NCBI GenBank assembly: GCA_965223345.1
Contig: CBDCWG010000012.1
Coordinates: 3,232,001-3,296,000 of the forward strand
Length of the DNA stretch: 64,000 nt
From: Nitrospinales bacterium
Lineage (GTDB): Bacteria; Nitrospinota; Nitrospinia; Nitrospinales; VA-1
Reading direction: 5' to 3'
Shown here: positions 50,583 to 59,590 of the stretch, one piece after another
How the letters are laid out: every line of letters begins with the position of its first letter
Numbering within the stretch: the first letter of the stretch is position 1
The notes under the pieces: model-generated
What the model was told of the DNA's origin: nothing
The model's database searches: none
The model's input: the letters and a program-made list of their open reading frames with translations, nothing else
Position numbers and translations under genes: made by a program

Positions 50583-52421
50583 ATGCAGGATTCAAACAGG
50601 TTGAGGTTTAAAGAAATTCTTTCGATCGCGCTGGCCGTGATTTTCCTGCAGGCGGGCCTGTCCCTCTCCCACGCCGCGGAAATGGTGCGCAAGACGCAGG
50701 AAGCGCTGGTGCAGAAGGGATTCGATCCGGGTCCGGTGGATGGGTTATGGGGGTCCCGGACCGAGGACGCCCTGCGGAAGTTTCAGGTGAAGATCGGCGT
50801 GACGGCGAACGGCCTGCTGGATCGCAAGACGCGAAGAGAACTGTTTAAAGGCTATGTTGCCAGCGCCGCCGCAAAGGAGACGCCGCCGAGCCCACCGGCT
50901 GAACCTGCCAGGGCCGCTCCTGCCGACACGACAACGGCGGCGGCTGAGGAACCAAAAGAAGAGGCTCTCAGCGAGACCGTCGCGAAAAAGGCGGACAGCC
51001 CTCCCCCCGCCGTGCAGGAAACGGCGGCGGAACCCGAACCGCAAGTGGCCAGCGAACCGCCGCCCGAGCCCAAACCGGAACCCAAACCCGAGCCCAAAAA
51101 AGAAGCGGTTCAGGCAGCCAAAACGTCCTCCGGCCCCTGCCCGCAGCCGCGAAAAACCAAATCCGCGCCCGCGCACATCGCCAGACTCGATAAAACCGGC
51201 AAGGCGGATCTGGAAAACGGCAAAAAAATATACAACCAAACCGCCAAGCCTATGGCCTGCAAGCAGTGCCACGGGGACAAGGGCGACGGCAAAGGGAAAC
51301 TGGGCGCGGCCCTGAAACCGACACCGAGAAACTTCACCTGCGCCGAGACCATGCAGGACGTTTCGGTCGGGCAGATGTTCTGGATCATCAAGAACGGCTC
51401 CGCCGGCACGGGCATGGTGGGGCACCAAAAGACGCTCAAGGATCAAGAAATCTGGGATGTGGTGAAATACATCCACACGGCCTACATGGGCGGTGCTTCG
51501 CAGGCTTCGGCGGCGCAGCCCGATTCCGCGCCCCCCGCACAGAGCGCAGCCGCCGCGGCGCCGGCGCCGGCAGTGAAAAAAACCGAGCCCGCCAAACCGG
51601 CGGTACCGCAGGAACAAGCCAAAGTGGCGGCGAAACCGGCCGCCGCTCCTGCCAATCAGCAGGCGACGCCTCCCCCCGGCATCGTGGGGAAAGGAAAGTA
51701 CACGGAGAGTAGCGTGAGCGGTGGCGGGGCGATCACCGGCGTGGTGCGCTTCAGCGGCGCGGTTCCCGATCCGATCATGGAGGATCTGAGCAAGGGCAAG
51801 AACGTGGAGTTCTGCTCGCAGCACCCCGATGCCAAAGGCAACGAGCGCCCGCGCTACAAGGTCGTGGTGGCGGACGGCATGTTGAAGGACACGGTGGTGT
51901 TCATCCAGAACATCGATAAGGGAAAAGCCTGGCCCGGCGAAACGGCCAATTTCGATTTCAAAGACTGCGACATCTTCCCCAAGGTCTCGGTGGTGCGCAA
52001 AACCCCGAAAAAGATGAAGGAAGGGCTTCTGACGATCACGAATCAGGACCCGGACATCCTGCACAACCCGCACGGCTATTCCATCGTCGGGGCCAACCGC
52101 AAGACGCTGTTCAACAAACCGCTGCCCTCAAAGGGCGACGTGGCCGATGTGACCAAATCCTTCAAGCGCTTCAAGCCGAAAAAGGACAGGCATTTTTTCC
52201 TGCAATGCGATCAGCACAACTTCATGGAAGCGGACGCGCGCGTGGTGTGGAACCCCTACTATTCGATCAGCGCGGCGGACGGGACGTTCAAAATCGACGC
52301 GATCCCGGCGGGCAAATACTGGGTGACCGCCTGGCATCCTTATGTCGGCGAAGCGAGCCAGGAAGTGACGGTGACCGCGGGCGGCGACGTGCAGGCCGAT
52401 TTCCTGCTGGCGGGGAAATAA
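50583..52421 (+). CDS. Secreted fusion: peptidoglycan-binding domain + monoheme cytochrome c + cupredoxin-like/carboxypeptidase-regulatory-like domain
   Basis: AGGAGG; signal peptide; GFDPGPVDGLWG..T..AL.KFQ; CKQCH with distal GTGM; HN...CDQHNFM; GTF.I..IPAG.Y.V.AWHP; Pro/Ala-rich linkers. Confidence 0.85.
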   Translation: MQDSNRLRFKEILSIALAVIFLQAGLSLSHAAEMVRKTQEALVQKGFDPGPVDGLWGSRTEDALRKFQVKIGVTANGLLDRKTRRELFKGYVASAAAKETPPSPPAEPARAAPADTTTAAAEEPKEEALSETVAKKADSPPPAVQETAAEPEPQVASEPPPEPKPEPKPEPKKEAVQAAKTSSGPCPQPRKTKSAPAHIARLDKTGKADLENGKKIYNQTAKPMACKQCHGDKGDGKGKLGAALKPTPRNFTCAETMQDVSVGQMFWIIKNGSAGTGMVGHQKTLKDQEIWDVVKYIHTAYMGGASQASAAQPDSAPPAQSAAAAAPAPAVKKTEPAKPAVPQEQAKVAAKPAAAPANQQATPPPGIVGKGKYTESSVSGGGAITGVVRFSGAVPDPIMEDLSKGKNVEFCSQHPDAKGNERPRYKVVVADGMLKDTVVFIQNIDKGKAWPGETANFDFKDCDIFPKVSVVRKTPKKMKEGLLTITNQDPDILHNPHGYSIVGANRKTLFNKPLPSKGDVADVTKSFKRFKPKKDRHFFLQCDQHNFMEADARVVWNPYYSISAADGTFKIDAIPAGKYWVTAWHPYVGEASQEVTVTAGGDVQADFLLAGK

Positions 52422-52668
52422 GTCCGGCGTTTTCAAATCACATCGCCGTTGTATCCGGCCGCGACGTGATCACGAAAAGAAGGCGAAATTGCGGCTTCGC
52501 CACCTATCCCGGAAGAATATTTTATTTGCCCCCAATGCCACTTTATGCAACATTTAGCGATAACAATCGCTTTCGAAGCGTTTTTCCGCCGGACTTCAGT
52601 GTGAGTCCGGGTTCATTGATATCACGCCTGCAAACGTGGCAAGGCAACTTTCCCACCAAGGAGGAATA

Positions 52669-53082
52669 ATGAATATATTCAGATTGTCGAATGCAGCGGG
52701 ATTTTCCTGGCTGACAGCGATCCTTTTTCTGACAATCGTCACCCTATCGCCCACCCCTTCAGCCGAATCGGTGCAGACCCAGTCCATGGACCTGGTCAAA
52801 CGCGCGCAGCAGGCGCTGGCTGACAAAGGGTTCGACCCGGGTCCCGCAGACGGGCTCTGGGGCCCCCGAACCAAAAAGGCGGTCACGGGTTTTCAGGAAA
52901 GTGAAGGCATCCCTTCCACAGGCGAACTGGATGAAACGACGCAAACGCTTCTGCTGGGTGAGGGTTCCTCCGCGTCGGCGGCCCCGGCCTCCTCGCATGC
53001 CGGCGCATCCTCAATGGGCGGTCCCACCGATACCGGGGCGGACGTGCCGGATTCGGAAATCGTCTGGGGACGGCACAAATAA
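52669..53082 (+). CDS. Secreted stand-alone peptidoglycan-binding domain protein
   Basis: AAGGAGG; signal peptide; AQQAL..GFDPGPADGLWGPRT..AV..FQ. Confidence 0.85.
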   Translation: MNIFRLSNAAGFSWLTAILFLTIVTLSPTPSAESVQTQSMDLVKRAQQALADKGFDPGPADGLWGPRTKKAVTGFQESEGIPSTGELDETTQTLLLGEGSSASAAPASSHAGASSMGGPTDTGADVPDSEIVWGRHK

Positions 53083-53109
53083 CTTCACGCATTTGAATTT
53101 GGCAACACC

Positions 53110-53147
53110 GGCCCCGGAAGCGAGAACGCTTCCGGGGTTTGTTTTTT
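53110..53147 (+). terminator. Intrinsic terminator after PG-binding gene
   Basis: GCCCCGGAAGCG-agaa-CGCTTCCGGGGT followed by T-run. Confidence 0.8.
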
Positions 53148-53174
53148 GATAACGCTCACTTTATTTTTCCCCAC

Positions 53175-53252
53175 AAAAAAAACCGGGCCCCGCCGGGCCC
53201 GGTTCCTTAGCTGCCATCAATGTCTTTCCCTTGGGGGAAAGTGAACTTGTAA
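53175..53252 (-). ncRNA. Candidate sigma28-dependent small RNA (~78 nt)
   Basis: Lies between a TAAA-N15-GCCGATCA promoter and a 10-bp GC hairpin with T-run; internal hairpin CTTTCCC-ccaa-GGGAAAG; no credible minus-strand protein gene upstream. Confidence 0.55.
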
Positions 53253-53257
53253 AATCC

Positions 53258-53284
53258 TGATCGGCAAAACCGGCCGCGACTTTA
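53258..53284 (-). promoter_or_regulatory. Sigma28 (FliA)-type promoter
   Basis: Minus strand TAAA-gtcgcggccggtttt-GCCGATCA versus consensus TAAA-N15-GCCGATAA; a second perfect GCCGATAA at 53298-53305. Confidence 0.65.
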
Positions 53285-53564
53285 AAATTTATTTTCATTA
53301 TCGGCCCGGCCCGCAAAAAATCCTTCCCGCTTTGCATCTCATCTAACCTTTAGAAGCGGTAACAACACAGCAACTTTTTTTTCAATGTCCCGCTCTTTGT
53401 GCCGTTATGGATGACAAGAAACCTTTGCCCCGAATGACAGGATTGGATTAAGATGAATACAGAGACATTCGGTGAAGGCTTGCCGCCGGGACGCAAGCCC
53501 CGGTTCGTTGCAACGGCCGGGTGTTTCCATTGCACTTCGAACTTTTTCGTTGAGAGGCTGAAAA

Positions 53565-53903
53565 ATGGCCGATTTTGACTTGATGGACTTCGAGGAGTCC
53601 TTGAAAATTGTGGAGGTTCCGCCTTTAAACATCGAGAAAGTGATTTCCGTCTGGGGCAGTGAAAACCAGTCCGGGGAATGGGAAGGCGGCATCCTGATGA
53701 AGATGAAAAGCGGCAAGTTCGCCTACCTGCTCGGCTGGTGTGAAACCCACGAAGGCGGCTATCAGGACGGCGCGCAGATCGAGTATTTCGACAGCCAGCC
53801 GGACTACAAATCCTTCACGCCCAAGGAACCCTGGGTGCAGGGTCCGCGCCCCGCATTGTGGGACGACCAGCCCGGTGATTTCAACGACTGGCTGGCGCAA
53901 TGA
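53565..53903 (+). CDS. Acidic Trp-rich hypothetical protein
   Basis: GAGAGG upstream; host-like codon usage. Confidence 0.75.
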   Translation: MADFDLMDFEESLKIVEVPPLNIEKVISVWGSENQSGEWEGGILMKMKSGKFAYLLGWCETHEGGYQDGAQIEYFDSQPDYKSFTPKEPWVQGPRPALWDDQPGDFNDWLAQ

Positions 53904-54227
53904 CCGCCGTTTTCTCCCCTCAGACCGCCTGAAAAGCCCGCATTCATCGATATCCGAACTCCCCACATTTCCCGCTTTGGATTTTCAGAATCTTTGTGCT
54001 ACCTTAATAAATGTATAAGAAGGGTTGTGGAAAATCATTGCGAATGGGATTTTTGAGCCCCGGTTGTGGTAAGTCTTTATCGGTCCAGAGCGCAGTACGG
54101 CCCACTTGATTCGATGTATCCCCCCACGGCTCGCCATACGGTCTTGCAACGACCCTAACCCAAATAAAAATAGGGAATGCGCAGCATATTCAATACATTC
54201 CCGCTCATTTGCAGGAGAAGATCCGGT

Positions 54228-54428
54228 ATGTCACAGGGTAAAGTAAAATGGTTCAACGAGAGTAAGGGTTATGGCTTTATCGAGTCTGACGAGGGAGAGG
54301 ACTATTTTGTTCACTTTTCCGAGATTCAGAGTGAAGGCTTCAAAACCTTGAAGGAAGGCCAGCTGGTCGATTTTGAAAAGACCATGGGCAAGAAAGGACC
54401 CCAGGCTTCCAAAGTGATTCCGCAATAA
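54228..54428 (+). CDS. cspA: Cold-shock protein (CspA family)
   Basis: GKVKWFN..KGYGFI, YFVHFS RNP motifs. Confidence 0.95.
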   Translation: MSQGKVKWFNESKGYGFIESDEGEDYFVHFSEIQSEGFKTLKEGQLVDFEKTMGKKGPQASKVIPQ

Positions 54429-54444
54429 AACTCCGTATCCGACG

Positions 54445-54482
54445 AAACCGGCGAAGCCTAGGGCTTCGCCGGTTTTTTTTTT
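54445..54482 (+). terminator. Intrinsic terminator after csp gene
   Basis: AAACCGGCGAAGCC-tag-GGCTTCGCCGGTTT plus long T-run. Confidence 0.85.
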
Positions 54483-54559
54483 GCCCGCTCCAACTTCCCT
54501 CTCCCCGCAACCCGATGGAATCCCGTCCTTGCCTCTCCGCCTGTTTTTTTGAAATCACG

Positions 54560-54676
54560 GTGCACGGTCCATGCACGGTCCGGGCACAGGCTTCGGCGCG
54601 GGCGGCCGCATGGGCAGGAAACGTCCTTATATATAAAGGTCTTACTCTCCCCCGCGCTTTGGCACACCCGATGCAA
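54560..54676 (+). promoter_or_regulatory. Sigma54 promoter with upstream repeated operator-like sites
   Basis: TGGCACACCCGATGCA (GG-N10-GC) at 54660-54675; tandem TGCACGGTCC x2 at 54561-54581; AT-rich IHF-like tract between. Confidence 0.65.
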
Positions 54677-54739
54677 TAGCAAGGTCAGCGGCATCGGAAA
54701 AGATTTTATTGCAAATCGATATTGTCCTGGGAGAGGATC

Positions 54740-54910
54740 ATGAAACTGACTCGATCGTTTTATCAATCACTGGATGAATGGGTGGACGTTTCCGTTACGG
54801 AACCGGTCAATGTGTTCGATCATGAGGACGCGCCGCTGTGGGACGAAGATTCGCTGAGCGCGGACGCAGACGGGGAGCTGGAAGTTTTTTTCTTCACCCT
54901 GGATGCGTGA
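54740..54910 (+). CDS. Small very acidic hypothetical protein (56 aa)
   Basis: GGAGAGG upstream; downstream of sigma54 motif. Confidence 0.65.
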   Translation: MKLTRSFYQSLDEWVDVSVTEPVNVFDHEDAPLWDEDSLSADADGELEVFFFTLDA

Positions 54911-54979
54911 AGCGTCGCGAAGCGATCGGATTTGAACCGGCCAGGCGGCTCTCGCCGGAATGATTAAGGAGAATTTGAG

Positions 54980-55366
54980 ATGAAGATGCGGATTTTTGTG
55001 ATCGCGGCTTTTCTACTGCTGTCGCTGGCTCGCATGGGTGAGCCCGCCGGGCCCATCGCCCAGAATCTGCCGCCCACGGTGACGTTCAATTTCGACGCCT
55101 TCGCCCCTCCCGGCTCCGGAGGGTGCTCGTTCGACTCGCGGTTCGGGGTTTTGACCTGCGTTTTCAGAACGACGCAGGAAACCTGGGTGGGGATGAACAA
55201 GGAAAAACCGGCGACCGTTTCTTTCACCAATCCCGGCGCCAACTCGGTCACCTTTCAAGGAAAAACGCAGTGCGCGGTGCGCGGGCCGATCAAGCTTCCG
55301 GATCAGCCGGCTCCCCTGGTGGACCTGCTCTGCTCCCGGCCCTGGAACCCGCTGTACGGCAATTGA
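54980..55366 (+). CDS. Small secreted 4-Cys hypothetical protein
   Basis: AAGGAG; signal peptide; four Cys in mature part. Confidence 0.72.
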   Translation: MKMRIFVIAAFLLLSLARMGEPAGPIAQNLPPTVTFNFDAFAPPGSGGCSFDSRFGVLTCVFRTTQETWVGMNKEKPATVSFTNPGANSVTFQGKTQCAVRGPIKLPDQPAPLVDLLCSRPWNPLYGN

Positions 55367-55420
55367 CCGCGAAATTGCGGCTTATTATTAACTTAATTTA
55401 AATTGGGGGAATGGAAAGTG

Positions 55421-55771
55421 ATGCGTCCGATTTGCACCACCCTGATCGCGGCGGGCTGGCTCCTGCTCGCGGCTGCGGCCGGCCAGGCATACGAAGTGGT
55501 TGAGGAAAAACCGCAGCCCGGTGTCGTTCTGCCCGCAACGTCGCAGCACTTTCGCTCCAGCCAGTGCCATTACACGCGCGATCACACCCGGGTCTCTTCC
55601 ATCAATTGCGGCAAGCCGGTCAACTCGGGCCCCTATAAAAAAGACGAGAGCTATGTGACGTTCGGCAAGGGTTTGTGCACCCTGTCGCCGCAACAGGGAC
55701 AGGTCATCTGTTCCAAGCTGCTGTTCAAATCCGGCCGCAGCATCCTGAAACCCCACCACCTGCCCGGCTGA
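55421..55771 (+). CDS. Small secreted 4-Cys hypothetical protein
   Basis: Signal peptide ending GQA; four Cys in mature part. Confidence 0.68.
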   Translation: MRPICTTLIAAGWLLLAAAAGQAYEVVEEKPQPGVVLPATSQHFRSSQCHYTRDHTRVSSINCGKPVNSGPYKKDESYVTFGKGLCTLSPQQGQVICSKLLFKSGRSILKPHHLPG

Positions 55772-55781
55772 CCCTTCTCAT

Positions 55782-56255
55782 TCACACCGCATTCTGATTG
55801 AAGGTCTCTCCCGCCTGCATGACGATCTGATCCAGCAGGATCCAGGGAATTTCAAAATCCTCGGTCACGGCTTTCGCAAGCAGCACGTTCACGTTGCCGG
55901 AGGGGCTCTCCTCGATTTTGAAGTACATCCTGAGCGGGCCTTCGCTGTTCAGGTCCATGTCGAAGCGATTCACGGTCAACTCCCACACCGACTCGTCCTG
56001 CTGTTTCCACCGGTGCGCCCCCGGTATGGCGGACAGAAACTGGCCGAAGGTGAGGAAACGCTTTTCCTGGTAAGAAACGTAATAACCCGCGTAACCCGTT
56101 TCCGAAGAAAGGCTTTTGTACACGATGATGCGCTCGTTCCAGTCCTTCGGCGGCTCGGGCTGAATGGAACAGGCGGCCAGCAGGCCGATCCACCCTGCAA
56201 GCGCAAGGCAGCGAATCCAGCGGCGGGCTCTCAGGTTTCTCAAGGCGGTTGTCAT
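55782..56255 (-). CDS. Hypothetical lipoprotein
   Basis: Lipobox LAAC; GGAG upstream. Confidence 0.75.
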   Translation of the reverse strand: MTTALRNLRARRWIRCLALAGWIGLLAACSIQPEPPKDWNERIIVYKSLSSETGYAGYYVSYQEKRFLTFGQFLSAIPGAHRWKQQDESVWELTVNRFDMDLNSEGPLRMYFKIEESPSGNVNVLLAKAVTEDFEIPWILLDQIVMQAGETFNQNAV

Positions 56256-56557
56256 GGATCTCCGTGGCGGGTTGTGAAAGACAGGGAATCGCAACCGGGC
56301 GGATCGCAGCCCTAAAGCGCAAAAATTGCGTTTAGCCCTGTATTTCAGGGTATTTCAGGGGACCCAACTTGTCAATTCATTTGCTTGGGAACGGCGAACG
56401 GCCGGCGGGAACGCCTGAAAATCCGGATATTCCATAACACATTGAAAAATAATTCTTTTCATTGACACAGCCGCCGGGGCTTGCGGAAGAACGGCATCGG
56501 CAGGGCAATCCTGTGGGGCTTGGAAGCGGGGTCGGGCCTCCCGCCCCGGGACGGGTC

Positions 56558-57070
56558 TCAGTCGATCGGCAGATCGGCGGGGAGCCGGGTAGCGCTGTCG
56601 ATGAGCGCGGTTTGCAGCTGCTCGCGGGTGAGATGGACGCTCTCGCTGAGGTCCGCACCGAAGAGATTGACGCCGTTGAGGTTGGCGCCCCAGAAATCGA
56701 CTCCGGCAAAGCACGACTGCGAAAGCCGGGCGGTGCTCAAATCCGCTCCCAGCAGGCTGGCGCCGGAAAGGTCCGCACGCACCAGATTGGCGCCCACCAG
56801 AAACGCACCGCCCAGGTCCGCCTCGCTCAGGTCGGCTTCGACCAGATTGGCGCCGATGAGACGGGCTTCGCTGAAACGGGCTCCCGAGGCCTGGATGCGG
56901 CTGAGATCGGCGCACATCAATTGCGCGCGGCTGAGGTTGGCCCCTTTGAGATTGGCATTGCTGAGCTTGATGCCCACCATGTTGGCTTCCCGCAGATCGA
57001 GAAAGCTCAAATCGTTTCTGTTTACGGCGGATATCTGACCGAATTTGTCCCTGAAAGTGAGGTGGGTCAT
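56558..57070 (-). CDS. Pentapeptide repeat protein
   Basis: About 25 A(D/N)Lxx repeats. Confidence 0.88.
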   Translation of the reverse strand: MTHLTFRDKFGQISAVNRNDLSFLDLREANMVGIKLSNANLKGANLSRAQLMCADLSRIQASGARFSEARLIGANLVEADLSEADLGGAFLVGANLVRADLSGASLLGADLSTARLSQSCFAGVDFWGANLNGVNLFGADLSESVHLTREQLQTALIDSATRLPADLPID

Positions 57071-57454
57071 GCGCGTCCCCCGAAGCCACGGCCGATTGCG
57101 GCCGGTCGTTGTTAAGATCCTCACGGAGCCTCATGCGTCCGCAGGATGTCTCCAGTGTAGGAAGAACGGATTGCCATCGGGTCAAGGGAGCGTCACAGTT
57201 GCGTCAAACCCGCGCTTTCCCAGGCATTGCGCCGCCGCCTCCTTCCATCCCCGCCCGCCTGCATTTGTGACCGAATCGTTGCAATGCCGCGATCGTACCG
57301 CAACATCGCGCTGTCACCCTGACCCATTTGAGGGACCCACCGGAGGGGAGACGCGTCCGCACAAACAAGGATTGCCTGTTCGGGCGGTTTTTAACTGTGA
57401 CGGCCGGAGGTTTCCCGTTCGACCCTGCCGGCTTTGCCCGTTCTACTCGATCGC

Positions 57455-58195
57455 ATGTTTGGCCTGGAAAACAAACACAAGCGCAGCTTCGCCTCTTTGT
57501 TCACACTATGCCTGGTTCTGGCCTGGGTGGGCGGCTTCTCCGGCGGGATCACGCATCCTTCCGCCAGCCTTTCCCCCTACCTGTCCGCCGTGGCCAAGGT
57601 GGAGCACGAAACCTTCCGCGACCTTCGCGATCAGCGGCAACGCGAAAACCAGTACCTGAAGAGCCGCTCCCGGCTCATGGACCGCGAGCGCAGGCTGAAC
57701 GAACGCGCCTACGACCGGAAGGTGCGGGAGAAAATCCTGCAGATCCTCACCCGCTACAAGACCGGTCTCAAGGAAAAACGCGACCGGGAAATCCCGGACT
57801 GGATCCTGGCACAAAGCAAGCGGTACAGCTACGACCCGCTGTTCCTGACCGCGCTCATCATCACGGAGAGCTCCTTCAACAACTGGGCGCTCTCGCACCG
57901 CGGGGCGATGGGCCTGATGCAGATTCTGCCGGGGACCGGAAGGGCCATGGCGGGGGAAACGCGGGTGAAATGGAAAGGAAAATCGACGCTGTACGATCCG
58001 AGAATCAACATCGCGCTCGGTTCGTATTACCTGAATAAACTGAGACAGCGTTTCGGGGATCTGAAGCTCGCACTGGAGGCGTACAACCACGGGCCCTCAC
58101 GGCTCGAGGGCTATCTGAAACGGGGCATGCGGCCGAGCAAATACTCGAAAAAGGTGTTGAAGATCTATGAAATGATCCATTTCGAACCCGCCTGA
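57455..58195 (+). CDS. Lytic transglycosylase (SLT domain) with N-terminal TM/coiled coil
   Basis: ITESSFN, GAMGLMQI, NIALG..YL, AYNHGP. Confidence 0.9.
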   Translation: MFGLENKHKRSFASLFTLCLVLAWVGGFSGGITHPSASLSPYLSAVAKVEHETFRDLRDQRQRENQYLKSRSRLMDRERRLNERAYDRKVREKILQILTRYKTGLKEKRDREIPDWILAQSKRYSYDPLFLTALIITESSFNNWALSHRGAMGLMQILPGTGRAMAGETRVKWKGKSTLYDPRINIALGSYYLNKLRQRFGDLKLALEAYNHGPSRLEGYLKRGMRPSKYSKKVLKIYEMIHFEPA

Positions 58196-58414
58196 CCCCC
58201 TCCCCCGCTGCGTGCCGGATGAAGCGCAACATGCTTGGACCCTCGCCCTTACTGGATCGCGATGATCGCACATCCGTTGCATTCGATATCCGTGTTACGG
58301 AATGGCCTGGAAAAGAGACCTTTTGGGCGCGATTTAGCGGCGGGAATCCCGCTTGACAGTTTTCAGGCACCTGTGATAAGGGTTCCCTTTTAGACCCCTA
58401 TAAGGACCTGTGTC

Positions 58415-58615
58415 ATGGCAAACGGAAAAGTCAAGTGGTTTAGTGAGCAAAAAGGATACGGTTTTATCGAATCGGAACAAGGCGAAGACGTGTTCGTCCA
58501 TTATTCCGCGATCGAGGCCGAAGGTTTCAAAACGTTGAACCAGGGACAGGAGGTGGAATTTGAAATCACCACCGGTCCCAAAGGACCGCAAGCAGCGAAT
58601 GTGGTGAAAAAATAA
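58415..58615 (+). CDS. cspA: Cold-shock protein (CspA family), second paralog
   Basis: [29 protein letters not shown]. Confidence 0.95.
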   Translation: MANGKVKWFSEQKGYGFIESEQGEDVFVHYSAIEAEGFKTLNQGQEVEFEITTGPKGPQAANVVKK

Positions 58616-58918
58616 TCCGCTCGCTTTTTTCCGGATCCAAGAACGGAGGCAGACGCCATCGGCCTGAATGAACCCGGGCGTTTCCTCATTCCCGCGTCTT
58701 TGCATCGACTCCTGTCTGTCAATCAGCCGCAACGGTCTTTGTTTACCCTCCCCCTCCCCTTTCTTTCCATTTTTCCAACGATAATTTTTTGAGTCTGTTC
58801 GGGAGAATTGCCACAATGACGACTGCATCGCATCGTGCGGGAATCCCTGCGGGCCGATCGGTCCACACAGGGACTCCACTTCCCCGTTTTATCCGAAAAA
58901 ATTAAGGAGAGTGGCCTC

Positions 58919-59230
58919 ATGGCAATCTGTCTGACAGCAAAATACCGGGTTCACCCGCATTTCACCAAAGAATGCATCCAGGTCGTCACGCGACTGGTCG
59001 ATCATGTGAAAGCCAACGAACCGGGCACGCGCCTGTACATCGCGCAACAGGATATTCTCGACCCGATGGCGTTTCAGCACACCATCATTTTCGAAAACGA
59101 CGCGGCCCTCAACCTGCACCGCAACTCGGTGGCGGCGAAACGATTCGTGACCTCGCTGTACCCGCAGACCCGGGAGCCGCTGGAATTCACCGAACACAAC
59201 CTCATCGCGCTCAAAACCAGCGACGACTGA
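58919..59230 (+). CDS. ABM (antibiotic biosynthesis monooxygenase-like) dimeric barrel protein
   Basis: AAGGAG; NEPGT.LY...F.N.AAL..H pattern. Confidence 0.75.
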   Translation: MAICLTAKYRVHPHFTKECIQVVTRLVDHVKANEPGTRLYIAQQDILDPMAFQHTIIFENDAALNLHRNSVAAKRFVTSLYPQTREPLEFTEHNLIALKTSDD

Positions 59231-59251
59231 ACTTGGAAAAATTGAGACCGT

Positions 59252-59590
59252 TCAGCGGTTGAGATCTTTCAGCATGCCGGCGAGATTTTCGAGGGTGTCG
59301 CCCAGGTTGGGCGGAGCGACCGGCAGGCGGGCGTCATCGGAAGCGCTTCCTTCTTTTGGAACGGGCAGGACGTCGGTGCGGGAAACCGGCGCGACGCCGC
59401 CACGGAAGTAGCGGGCGAGCTGCGGGTATTTCTCCAGCCGCAGCCATTGCTTGCCGTTGGGGGAAATCTCATCGCCGGGCAACAGCTTGCCTTCGCGGAT
59501 GTAGGGCACCAGCAGTTTGACCGGAAACCGCGGGATCACCTTGCTGCCGCGGCGCAATCTGAGCGTGAGCGGCGGGGATTCTGATTTCAT
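59252..59590 (-). CDS. Hypothetical protein
   Basis: ATGA overlap with lgt; G.LLP.DEIS.NG..W motif. Confidence 0.7.
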   Translation of the reverse strand: MKSESPPLTLRLRRGSKVIPRFPVKLLVPYIREGKLLPGDEISPNGKQWLRLEKYPQLARYFRGGVAPVSRTDVLPVPKEGSASDDARLPVAPPNLGDTLENLAGMLKDLNR

